Assembly (NCBI GenBank): GCA_965217865.1
Contig: CBDCJO010000001.1
Span: 160,001 to 224,000, forward strand
Reading direction: 5' to 3'
DNA length: 64,000 bases
Origin: Candidatus Latescibacterota bacterium
GTDB taxonomy: Bacteria; Latescibacterota; UBA2968; SICM01
The position numbers and the translations under genes are program-made. Numbering within the stretch: the stretch's first letter is position 1; every line of letters begins with the position of its first letter. This document shows positions 39,174 to 49,062 of this stretch, piece after piece. The notes beneath the pieces were generated by a model, which had not been told where the DNA came from, searched no databases, and saw only the letters and a list, made by a program, of their open reading frames with translations.

Positions 39174-41168
39174 TCACGGCCCCGATGGTTCGGGGTTCAA
39201 AAGGCTTGTGATATGAACAGCCTGGAAAAGGGACGCTGACTCCACCTGAGTACGGAGCGATCTCCGCCGTGGCAGCAGGGTCGTCTCTCCGGGCATCGGA
39301 GGAGATATCACAACCTCGACCAATCCGGGATTGATGTGGAGGTTTCCCTTCGGGCACTTGGGCCAAAGGGAATGGATGCCACGGAAGGCGAGTGGAATGA
39401 TGACAACGTCATGGGGAAGCAGTGCGAACAGGGCGTGTTGGAGGGGGGGAGATTGGAGGCCAAAGGCAGCGATGGTCCCCGCAGGATAAGTCAGCCCGGG
39501 TCTTTCCCCCAGGGCCTGAACCAGGCGCTGAGTCGTAGGGATGGCATCCCGGGATCGCTCGAGCGTTACATATCCGTCCACATCTGCGAGCAATCCGTCG
39601 AATCTCTCCGCGGACATCCCGAACATGGTCATCGACCAGGAGCCGATCTTCACACCGGCATTGGCCAGCCCTGTGCGAGCCAGGATCACGAATGGAACCG
39701 GTCGTTTCCACCCCATCGCCCCCAAAAATTCTGGACTCCCCAGAACGTGGTACATAACGGGATGGTCCAGGTAACTCTGATGCGTGGGCAGCATGAGAAT
39801 CTTCTTCTTTCCGCTTCCAAGCTCAAGCCCTTGCGCGATCGGAAGGAACTTGGGATCGATCTGGATCTTTACCTGAATGCCGAAGGTGCGAAGCGTGGCT
39901 TCCGCCCAGTCCAGGCAATACTGCCAGGCGAGTTCACTCCTTTCGGCTGAATCCAGATCGGCCTTGGTTAAATTTATTTTTCGCCGCCCCAACCTGAAGG
40001 AGGCAATCACCCAGCGTCCCAATCTCAACCCTCGGGACCAATTGGACAATACGGAACTTCGGCCGACGTGAGGATACTCGAGGAAATGACCGCTGACTTG
40101 ATCCGAAAGCAGAGGGGGTACGGACACCGGATGAAGCCCTTCAACACCCGCGCGGACTGAATCTTTAACCCGAAGAATATCCCGATTGACACGTGCGACC
40201 AGGCGTATAGCTGTGTCGGTCATATCCCGTGTCAGATAACTGTAGTGATGCCCGTACCAGTATCCGGCCGGTTTCAATTGAGCTGGATTTTCCCGGTGCG
40301 CCCCCAAAAATTCGACCATCATGCTCTGGGCACGATTGATCTCCCCCTTGAGTGACTCGGCGGCCGACCGACCCAACCCCAGATCGCCGAATTCGTAAAG
40401 CTGGTAGCGAAGCAGATCCGCTTCTGTTATGACCTTCCACACGGAACTCCCGAACCAGGCGAAATTGGTATAGGCGTTGTAGCGTGTGGTCAGAAATTCA
40501 CCGGCGGCGATATAATCCAGGGTGCTCTTGACGACCTTTCGAAGCGAGTCCAGCAGAGGAGCCTCGGTCGTATGTCCCCCAAACGTGCATGCGTAGTTGC
40601 CCCCCCATCTCGGGTCGTCGCAGACCGCAACAGCGGGCAACGCCTCGGCGACGCCCTGAGCGTGGGACATCGGAACCCGCGAAATTTTTGCCCGCTCAAG
40701 CGCAGCCTCTCCCGCGTCGGGAACCAGGAGATCCTCCTTCGCCAACACATCCACGTAGAGGCTCTGGTAAAGTTGAAGCAAGTCCTCCTCGGTTCCGATC
40801 CCCCTATCGACGAATTGCTTCTGAACCTGAATATAGATAAGGTTTGCCTCGTGATAAGCCGGACAGGCGCTTTGGAACTGTGCGTGGGATTCGGACAGCC
40901 GTTTCTCCCTCAAGGCGGGTACACGATCGAAGATGGTCCGGATGAGCTTGGCCCTTTTCAAGAGACCCGGAAGGCCGATCGAACCCTGCTCATTCCGGCT
41001 CGGGGGCCAGATGAGTTCGTCGGGATCCCAACCTTCAAGGTGCCCGTCGGAACGCGCGATTTCGACCATCTCCTGCGCGGCCTGGTCGTAGATGTTCAAC
41101 ATTCCATCCGGGTCCTTCAGCAACTCTTCATAAAGAGGGTTGGGACCTATCTCAAACTTTTTCTCCAT
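39174..41168 (-). CDS. Unknown N-terminal domain fused to a PlsC-type acyltransferase
   Basis: C-terminal ~230 aa contain PTHQSYLD (HxxxxD), YPAGT (FPEGT-like) and IIPLAFRG..LWPK; first ~420 aa not recognised. Confidence 0.75.
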   Translation of the reverse strand: MEKKFEIGPNPLYEELLKDPDGMLNIYDQAAQEMVEIARSDGHLEGWDPDELIWPPSRNEQGSIGLPGLLKRAKLIRTIFDRVPALREKRLSESHAQFQSACPAYHEANLIYIQVQKQFVDRGIGTEEDLLQLYQSLYVDVLAKEDLLVPDAGEAALERAKISRVPMSHAQGVAEALPAVAVCDDPRWGGNYACTFGGHTTEAPLLDSLRKVVKSTLDYIAAGEFLTTRYNAYTNFAWFGSSVWKVITEADLLRYQLYEFGDLGLGRSAAESLKGEINRAQSMMVEFLGAHRENPAQLKPAGYWYGHHYSYLTRDMTDTAIRLVARVNRDILRVKDSVRAGVEGLHPVSVPPLLSDQVSGHFLEYPHVGRSSVLSNWSRGLRLGRWVIASFRLGRRKINLTKADLDSAERSELAWQYCLDWAEATLRTFGIQVKIQIDPKFLPIAQGLELGSGKKKILMLPTHQSYLDHPVMYHVLGSPEFLGAMGWKRPVPFVILARTGLANAGVKIGSWSMTMFGMSAERFDGLLADVDGYVTLERSRDAIPTTQRLVQALGERPGLTYPAGTIAAFGLQSPPLQHALFALLPHDVVIIPLAFRGIHSLWPKCPKGNLHINPGLVEVVISPPMPGETTLLPRRRSLRTQVESASLFQAVHITSLLNPEPSGP

Positions 41169-41180
41169 ACATCCTTTTCC

Positions 41181-42821
41181 TTAAATCTTCTTCTTTTCGA
41201 TTTCTCCATCCGGATCCACCCCGTCCTCCGATTCTTTCAGGACGTGCCTTTTCAATCCGGGGATATGAATCTCCTGGATATACGCCTTCCAGTCGATACG
41301 TCCCACATCGAAGTTGAAGATCCTCTGCTCTTCTAAATTTAAATCCCGGTACAGGCGACGGGTGTTCTTCGTGGCAAACCGACAATCCAGATTGGTGTAG
41401 GGACTATAGATCTCGGCAAGGGACATCACTTTTTGAAGCGTGGCCTCCAGGGTGGTGACCCTTCGTCGCAGCGCCCGCGACCAGGGAATCGCCGAGACAT
41501 TATCGATCAACCATTGAAGTGTATTCAGCGGAATCTGGTATTTCAAACGACAGCGCCGCCGGAACTTCCTCGGTGAGGGAAAGGACCATCGATGTACCGG
41601 AATCGGGTCCCCTCCGCGGGTCCGCATAGGGTTCTTAAGGAAATATTCATGGACCAGTTTAAACATCTCTCCGAGTTTCAGCGGATTTTCAGTTCCCGTC
41701 GCAACTTGGTAAACCGCGACCTCTTTTCCGAAATTCGGTTTGGCCAGGGCAGCAAGCATCGCATTGACCACCATATCCACTGGCACGACATCGAGCACGA
41801 TATCGGGATTTGCAGGGAAGTCGGATATCCTCCCTTTGCTGTAATGAACGATCAACGTGTCTGCCACTTTTAATCCGTCAAGCCATCCGGGCTCAGGATC
41901 CACCAGGCTGCTCTCGATGATCGATGGACGAACGATGATGGTGGGCATATCCCCCCGTGTCTGGAGAATGGCCAGCTCCCCCATCGCCTTCGTGAGGGTA
42001 TAGCTGTCGTGCCACCCCATCCCCCTCGCCCTGCGCATCCCTTCATCGATCAACCTTCGGTTCAGCCACCGTTTTCGGGTGGCTTCGATAAGGGTCTGCA
42101 TCCGGTGCTCGGATATGGCGCGACCGTTCTGCTTTCGGATCGACCTTTGGAATTTCGCCCTCATCTCGGGAAGCCGCGATTCCTCCTGAACGCTTCGGCT
42201 GAATGTGATAATGTCCTCGATCTCCCGGTCCAGATCGAAGACATTTCCGTCTCTTCCCAGATGTGCGACGGTCTGCGAAGAAAGGATCGGTTCCTCGGGA
42301 ACCCGTCCGGTCTGCCTTCCGTTGACATATGCCGTGGAAACGTGCAGGAAAATCGGTTCGCGACACCCCGTTGCAAACTCGACCATTCGCATGGGTCCGA
42401 GGGTATTCAGCTCCAGCGCGAGATCGAGACGTTCATCAAAGACCACGGTGGCCGCGACATTAATCAGGACCTGCACCTCTTCAGCCAACCTGGCGCGCGT
42501 ATCCGGATCGAAACCCAGGCCGTCCTGGGACAGATCCCCTCCAACAGCCGACACCTTAGACCGTATAAAATCCCAGAACCCGTCGCCATACATCCTCCGC
42601 AACTTGGCGAAAGCCCTCGACTCGAACACCTCTCTCTCCAGACTTTCCTGGGCGGACAGAATCCCGCCATCCGGCCCGCGACGAGGTCTGATCATAAGAT
42701 ACAGCCGTCCCACATCCGGGATTTCCGACAGGATCTTCTCCACGAACCCCTTCCCCAGGAAACCCGTCGATCCGGTGACGAAGAGCTTTTTACCACTAAA
42801 AAAATCGGCGATAGTCGACAT
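41181..42821 (-). CDS. Fatty acyl-CoA reductase (NAD_binding_4 + male-sterility domain)
   Basis: TGSTGFLGK, AATVVFD, HVSTAYV, YTLTKAMGE (YxxxK), RPSIIES, PVDMVVNA, IDW..Y...HIPG. Confidence 0.92.
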   Translation of the reverse strand: MSTIADFFSGKKLFVTGSTGFLGKGFVEKILSEIPDVGRLYLMIRPRRGPDGGILSAQESLEREVFESRAFAKLRRMYGDGFWDFIRSKVSAVGGDLSQDGLGFDPDTRARLAEEVQVLINVAATVVFDERLDLALELNTLGPMRMVEFATGCREPIFLHVSTAYVNGRQTGRVPEEPILSSQTVAHLGRDGNVFDLDREIEDIITFSRSVQEESRLPEMRAKFQRSIRKQNGRAISEHRMQTLIEATRKRWLNRRLIDEGMRRARGMGWHDSYTLTKAMGELAILQTRGDMPTIIVRPSIIESSLVDPEPGWLDGLKVADTLIVHYSKGRISDFPANPDIVLDVVPVDMVVNAMLAALAKPNFGKEVAVYQVATGTENPLKLGEMFKLVHEYFLKNPMRTRGGDPIPVHRWSFPSPRKFRRRCRLKYQIPLNTLQWLIDNVSAIPWSRALRRRVTTLEATLQKVMSLAEIYSPYTNLDCRFATKNTRRLYRDLNLEEQRIFNFDVGRIDWKAYIQEIHIPGLKRHVLKESEDGVDPDGEIEKKKI

Positions 42822-42949
42822 GATACGAATTAAATAAGGAATTCAGCCGTGGTGGGGGCGCGACGGAGATCAAACCTCCGTGATGGCGCCAAAGGGAACA
42901 ATCGGGTTAGGATGTCTCGAAGCCGAATGTCCCCGGGGGCAGAAGAAAA

Positions 42950-44716
42950 TCAGTCAGAATCAGACTGCTGATCCACGATCGACCCGGATGGCCGACCCTT
43001 CCGAAGTTCGGGGATTGCGTGCCGCCGAACCTTTTGAGTGGAGGTCTTGGGAAGCTCTTCCTCCAGAACAGATATTCTGCGGATCCGTTTGTAATCCGCC
43101 ATCTGACTGTTCAAACGGCGAACCTCTTCACGCACGGCGGTCTCGATCTCTTCGGGGGAATAAGGGGTCCCACGCTCGTCCTCCATTTGATCGAAGCATT
43201 CCTTTTCCGAAACGACAAGGACCTCGATATCCTCCCCACCCCCGTCCCCGGTCGGAACACCGTAGACCAAGGTTTCCTTGATGAGAGGGCTTGGGTTCAG
43301 GAGTGTCTCGATCTCCTCGGGATAGACATTCTTCCCCCCAGGCGTCACGATCACGTTCTTCGAACGCCCGCAGATATGCAAATATCCATCCCGGTCAATT
43401 CTTCCCAGATCTCCCGTATAAAACCACCCATCCTTCAAGGCCCTCGCCGTCATCTCCGGATCCTTGTAATACCCTTTCATGACGATGTCTCCTGCCGCCA
43501 GGATCTCCCCCACGCCATCGGGTCCAGGGTCTCGGATCCGGACTTGGGACCCGGGCACCGGGACGCCGACCGAATCGTGGCGCGGTCTCTCGGCGGGATT
43601 CACCGTCAACACGGGAGAAGTCTCCGTCAAGCCGTAACCCTGTGCAAACGAAAATCCCAGATCCTCGAAACCCTGCGGAATCGTAATGGGCAGCGGGGCC
43701 CCACCGCAGATGAACAGCCGGACACTCCCTAAACCCGCCTTCTGCCGGAGACTTCGGAAGACCTTGCCACCCACCTTCAAGCCCAGGCCTATCCGGAGGC
43801 CCTTCACGATTCCCATCATCGCACGAAACATGGCCTTGACGGCCGCCGGTTTCTGGTTCACCCCCCGCAAAATCCCGGCGTGAAGTTTCTCGAAGAGAAG
43901 GGGCACGCCAAGCATGACAGTCACGTTCGTATTTCGCATGTCATCTAGGAGGTCCCTGGATTTCAAGCTCCGGGCGTACGTCACGGTCGCACCCACATCC
44001 ACGGGACAGATCAGGCCTCCCGTGCATTCGAACGTGTGGTGCAGGGGGAGGACAGAGAGGAATATATCTCCACTCCCGAGACGAATAATCTCCTGGGCCC
44101 CCCTTGCATCCGTCAGTATGTTCCGGTGGGAAAGCATGACCCCCTTCGGTTTTCCCGTCGTCCCTGACGTGTAGATGATCGCGGCCAAATCATCGGGGGT
44201 AACCCCTGGGGATTCCGACATCGGGGCCCCGGCCTCCAGGACATCACCCCAACCGTCCATGCATATGACCCGATCGATCCCATCCATCTCCTGAGCGGTT
44301 TCTCTAAACCGCTCGGAAACAATCATCCATCGGGTCCCTGAGTCCCTCGCAATCGCCTGGATCTCGGGCGGTTTCATCAACGAATCGAGCGGAATGGCGA
44401 TTCCGCCGCAGGCCTGCGACGCAAAGTAGGCAATAGCCCATTCCGGACGATTTTCCCCCAATATGCCGACGGTTTCACCCGGCCGAACGCCGATCGCCCG
44501 CAACCCCCCGGCCAGCGCGGCCGTCTGTTTGCCCAATTCCCGGTATGTGAGCCGATCGTAAGCACCTTTCCGCCAGGTTTGAAGCGCCACCTTTTCGTCC
44601 AGCTGGGCTGCTCTTCGGGCAACCATCGCTGGAATCGTCGACTCGTCTGCCACGGCTGAACCCCTGAATTGAAAGGGTTTGTTTTTATCTGGATCCGGTT
44701 CGGGCGTTAGGACCAT
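42950..44716 (-). CDS. Long-chain fatty acid-CoA ligase (AMP-binding)
   Basis: YTSGTTGKPKG, LPLHH, GYGLTE, TGDLG, GKNVYPEEIE, LPKTSTQK. Confidence 0.93.
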   Translation of the reverse strand: MVLTPEPDPDKNKPFQFRGSAVADESTIPAMVARRAAQLDEKVALQTWRKGAYDRLTYRELGKQTAALAGGLRAIGVRPGETVGILGENRPEWAIAYFASQACGGIAIPLDSLMKPPEIQAIARDSGTRWMIVSERFRETAQEMDGIDRVICMDGWGDVLEAGAPMSESPGVTPDDLAAIIYTSGTTGKPKGVMLSHRNILTDARGAQEIIRLGSGDIFLSVLPLHHTFECTGGLICPVDVGATVTYARSLKSRDLLDDMRNTNVTVMLGVPLLFEKLHAGILRGVNQKPAAVKAMFRAMMGIVKGLRIGLGLKVGGKVFRSLRQKAGLGSVRLFICGGAPLPITIPQGFEDLGFSFAQGYGLTETSPVLTVNPAERPRHDSVGVPVPGSQVRIRDPGPDGVGEILAAGDIVMKGYYKDPEMTARALKDGWFYTGDLGRIDRDGYLHICGRSKNVIVTPGGKNVYPEEIETLLNPSPLIKETLVYGVPTGDGGGEDIEVLVVSEKECFDQMEDERGTPYSPEEIETAVREEVRRLNSQMADYKRIRRISVLEEELPKTSTQKVRRHAIPELRKGRPSGSIVDQQSDSD

Positions 44717-44799
44717 TCCCGAGCCAGAACCTGTTAAAATTTCCGATCAAATTTACGCCCCACCCCTGGTTTTGTCAAGATCCACCCGCCCCTCCCCCA

Positions 44800-45129
44800 T
44801 CAACCCTGAAGGTGGTAAACTTCCTCCATCATCGCCCACCACTCCCCTGGACGGGCATCCGCTACCGGTTCCTGGAACCCATTCATCAACTTTTGCCACA
44901 CCGCGCACCTCGGATCTTCCATGTAGGAGGAGAAGTCGCTGTCCCAGTTGAAACTGTCTTCGGTCAGGGAATACATAAACAGTCTCCGGCCGATCAGGAA
45001 GATTGTCATTTCCTTGATGCCGATCCCCCGCAATCCGGCCTCGACTTCCGGCCAAACCCTCCGATGATGCTCCTTGTAGACCTCGACCGTTTCCGGTTTC
45101 AAATTCAACGTCAGCCCGAATCTTTTCAT
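44800..45129 (-). CDS. L-rhamnose mutarotase family
   Basis: YKEHHRRVWPEV...L...GI..M.IF, W...M, MEEVYH. Confidence 0.88.
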   Translation of the reverse strand: MKRFGLTLNLKPETVEVYKEHHRRVWPEVEAGLRGIGIKEMTIFLIGRRLFMYSLTEDSFNWDSDFSSYMEDPRCAVWQKLMNGFQEPVADARPGEWWAMMEEVYHLQG

Positions 45130-45222
45130 CCTAAAACCTCCATAAGTATCAAGATTTTTTTTAGTTATAATGATAGAAGGTCATTACAGCCCTGTCAAGC
45201 CTTTTCCTTCCCGTCTTTCTGC

Positions 45223-45251
45223 TTGACAAAACCCCTGTTCATGCGTATACT
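45223..45251 (+). promoter_or_regulatory. Near-consensus sigma70 promoter upstream of the WG-repeat gene
   Basis: TTGACA(45223-45228)-17 bp-TATACT(45246-45251). Confidence 0.7.
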
Positions 45252-45438
45252 ATTTTCTGAAACTTTGGACCAATGGACAAATATCGCCTCGTTCCGTGAT
45301 CCAGGAAGTCGGGGACGCAGAACGAATCCCCCCGGGCTTTGGGGAGTTAAACTTTATGTGAGTGGAGATCGACTTCTGCGATCCGGATATCCGGGGAGAG
45401 TCTGAACAGTTTCCCGGGTTTAATGGAGGAAAGACTTC

Positions 45439-46455
45439 ATGAAGACGCGTATACGAAAATTTATATTTATCCCGATATCCCTGCTCCTGATGGTTTCTTC
45501 GTATATCTGGGCGGCAGATAAGAAAATCATGCTTTATCCCGTTGTCCAGAACCGGAAGTACGGATACATGAATCGAAGGGGTAAAATCGTCATCGAGCCG
45601 AAGTTTGACTATGCGTGGTCCTTCTCAGAAGGCCTGGCCGGAATCGTTATAGACCGGAAGGGCGGTTATATCGACCCGAAGGGAAACATCGTCATACAGC
45701 CCCAATTCGACCGGGCATGGCCGTTCTCCGACGGATTGGCCCTGGTGACAATCAAAAGGAAGGGATCCTACATCGACAAAGCGGGACAGTACGCAATCTA
45801 TTCCCTCAAGCAGGTGATCGATGAAGATGGGGCGCTGACGGATTCCACGACCGCGATCTCCCTGTCCGATGCGAATAAATTCTATACCGAAGTCCAGGTT
45901 GGATCGAAGATCAGGGTGCCGAAACAGTTCAAAAAGGCCAGACGATTTTCCGACGGCCTTGCGCGCGTCGCGCATCAAGGCAAGGGAGGGTATATCGATA
46001 CATCAGGCGCCTTTGCGATCGAACCGAAATATTTTACCGCCCGCGACTTTTCGGAGGGGCTCGCACCCGTGAGGGTGGTGGGTGGTCTATGGGGCTATAT
46101 CGATAAGAACGAGGAGTTCGTGATAGAGCCTCGATTCTGGGATGCGGGTGATTTTTCAGAAGGTCTCGCACCAGCACAGCAGTCCTCGGCAGCACAATGG
46201 GGATACATCGATAAGAAAGGGGATTCCATCATATCGGCCAGGTACCGACGTGCGGAACCGTTCTCGGAAGGGATGGCCGCTGTCAAATTCAGCAACGACA
46301 TGTTCGGCTATATCGACCTCGCGGGTAGATTGGCCATCCCGGCCAAGTTTGACCGGGCTTATCCCTTTTTACACGGCCTGGCACGGGTGAAGGTCGGCCG
46401 CAAGTATGGCTACATCAACAACAGGGGAGCTTATGTCTGGGAACCCACTGAATAG
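45439..46455 (+). CDS. Secreted WG-repeat protein
   Basis: Signal peptide; about seven repeats of GYID..G..VI.P.F..A..FSEGLA. Confidence 0.92.
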   Translation: MKTRIRKFIFIPISLLLMVSSYIWAADKKIMLYPVVQNRKYGYMNRRGKIVIEPKFDYAWSFSEGLAGIVIDRKGGYIDPKGNIVIQPQFDRAWPFSDGLALVTIKRKGSYIDKAGQYAIYSLKQVIDEDGALTDSTTAISLSDANKFYTEVQVGSKIRVPKQFKKARRFSDGLARVAHQGKGGYIDTSGAFAIEPKYFTARDFSEGLAPVRVVGGLWGYIDKNEEFVIEPRFWDAGDFSEGLAPAQQSSAAQWGYIDKKGDSIISARYRRAEPFSEGMAAVKFSNDMFGYIDLAGRLAIPAKFDRAYPFLHGLARVKVGRKYGYINNRGAYVWEPTE

Positions 46456-46614
46456 CCACTTCTCGTCGGCATCGGATTGAAAATAGTGCTTCTCGGTCAG
46501 GCAAAATCGCTCCCTCCCCAAATCCCCTCCCATCCTCCCTGGCCAAGGGCTCACCTTTTCTCTTTCTGATTCCTGACGTCATGTAATTCTGCTTTTCTCT
46601 TCTGCCCTTCTCCT

Positions 46615-49062
46615 ATGTCCATCCCCGCGCTTCTGAACGAATGGCGAAACGACCCCGAAGTCGCCCCCAACATCGCCGCCTGGCGAACCTTCCCCGAGCG
46701 TCAAAGAACGGCCGTGCCATTCCCGGCCGGGCTCCATCCCCTTCTGAAAGGGGCGTTGCTCCGGCGCGGGATCGACGTCCTCTACACACACCAGGGCCAG
46801 GCGTTGGAACACATACTTGCCGGCCGGCACACCGTCATCGCCACGGGCACGGCCAGTGGAAAAACCCTCTGTTATAACCTTCCTGTCTTGAATCGACTCC
46901 TCGTTGATCCGTCGGCACGCGCGCTCTACATCTTCCCCACGAAAGCCCTGGCCCAGGACCAGAAGGATGAATTGAGGGGGTTTATCGGTGGTTTTGAAGA
47001 AGGTTCCGAAGAGGGAAACCCGCAGCAGCGGATTCCTGTCTCGACATACGACGGAGATACGCCAAAAGGGGTCCGGTCCCGGCCGGGGGAACGCCCGGTT
47101 GGTCATCAGCAACCCGGATATGCTTCACTCCGGAATCCTGCCCCATCATACATTGTGGTCCGAATTTTTCCGCCACTTGCATTTCGTGGTGATCGACGAG
47201 ATACACGTCCATCGAGGCGTGTTCGGCTCGCACGTTGCGAATGTCCTTCGCCGCTTGAAGAGAATCGCGGATTTCTACGGATCAGCACCCCGGTTTATCC
47301 TAACTTCCGCGACGATCGCCAATCCCGAAGAGCACGCCGAACGGCTTGTCGAAGACCACGTCTCACTCGTGGAGGTGGACGGCGCGCCACGGGGGGAGAG
47401 GCATCTCCTGATCTACAACCCGCCGATCGTAAACCGCGAACTCGGCCTTCGCCGAAGCGCCCTGTTGGAGAGCGTTCGCATGGCACGGGACCTGTACAAG
47501 CACGATGTGCAGACCATCGTTTTTGGTCGAACCCGTCGGACCGTTGAATTGATCCTCGGATATCTGCGACGCACCTCGACTCCATCTGCCCACGGGGACG
47601 ACGAAGATGATCGAATACGGGGGTATCGCAGCGGTTACCTGGTGAAGCATCGGAACGAGATCGAGCGGGGACTCCGGGAAGGGCTTGTGCGTACGGTGGT
47701 CGCAACAAATGCCCTCGAACTTGGAATCGATATCGGAGGCATGGGGGCTTCGGTGATGACCGGCTATCCGGGTTCCGTTGCAGGGACCTGGCAACAGGCT
47801 GGCCGCGCAGGCCGCAAGCGCGAATCCTCTCTTGCCGCCTTGATCTCTTCGGCCAACCCACTCGATCAATTCCTGGCGCACCATCCTGACTATTTTTTCA
47901 AAAAATCTCCTGAACAAGCCCTGATCAATCCCGATAATCTCCTGATTCTCTTACAGCATCTGCGGTGTTCGGCGTTCGAGCTCGTTATCCTTCGGGGATG
48001 GTCACCCTGCGAAGCGCCTCTTCCAACCGTGTGGATCTGGAGGCGGCTGAGGAGAATTCCTGGAAAACAATCGGTCACGTGGACATCACCAGCGCTCCCT
48101 GGATGGTCCATCCCCAGGCCATATATCTCCACGAGGGCCAGGCCTACTCCGTTGAGGATCTGGACCTCACCCGAAATGTCGCGCGATTGCGTCCGTGCCA
48201 GGTGGATTATTACACTGAGCCGCGAACCGAATCCACGGTAAGCCTCTTGGAAAAATCCCGCGAGACCCCGGCCTTCGGTGCCACGAAGCTTCACGGTGAA
48301 ATCGCTGTCACGACCCGGGTGACGGGATTTCAAAAGATCAAATGGTTTACCCACGAAATCCTTGGCGGGGGAGAACTCTCGTTGCCTCCAACCCGTCTAC
48401 AGACAACCGGGTATTGGCTCTCCCTGACCGGCCAAACCGTCGAGGGGCTTCGTATGGAGGGGTTGTGGACCAACGACCCTAACGATTACGGGCCCAACTG
48501 GGCGTTGCAACGGGAAAAAGCGATGGAACGCGACCGATTTCTATGCCAAATCTGCGGCGGAACGGAGGTTGAGGTGTCTCATCACGTTCATCACAAGATT
48601 CCGTTTCGCACCTTCGGATCATACGAGCAGGCCAACCGGTTGACCAACCTGGTGACACTTTGCTCAGTCTGCCACCGTCGCGCGGAACAGGCCGTGAAAA
48701 TCCGAAGCGGCCTGGCCGGCCTGGCATACATCCTGGGCCATCTCGCGCCCCTGTTCCTGATGTGCGATGCAAGGGATATCGGCGTTCATTTCGACCCCCA
48801 ATCCCCGCTCTGGGAGGCCCGTCCCACCGTCGTAATCTATGACCTGGTACCGGCCGGGATCGGTTTTAGCGAGCGCCTTTTTGAAAGGCACCAGGAACTG
48901 ATCGCGCGGGCCCACGATCTTGTAGGTTCCTGCGAATGTGGAGAGGGTTGCCCTTCCTGCGTAGGGCCTGCGGGTGAAAACGGAGAGAACGGGAAGCGCG
49001 AGACCCAGGGAATTCTCTGGGCCATTCTACCGCCCAGAGACCACTCTTGTAATTTGCCATGA
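46615..49062 (+). pseudogene. DEAD/DEAH DUF1998 helicase (YprA/MrfA/Hrq1-like) with HNH insert, split over three frames
   Basis: Frame 1 TGTASGKT..YDGDT; frame 2 NPDMLH, DEIH, TSAT, NALELGIDIG, QQAGRAGR; frame 3 HPQAIYLH, HNH, FLMCD, CECGEGCPSC. Breaks near 47083 and 47983. Confidence 0.82.

Noticed and set aside
45290-45345. Partial resemblance to a c-di-AMP (ydaO) riboswitch
   Set aside because: The conserved 3' CAGCTAAC segment is absent; kept only as a generic leader finding.
47070-47095. Programmed frameshift in the helicase gene
   Set aside because: No slippery heptamer, and a second lesion downstream favours decay or assembly error.
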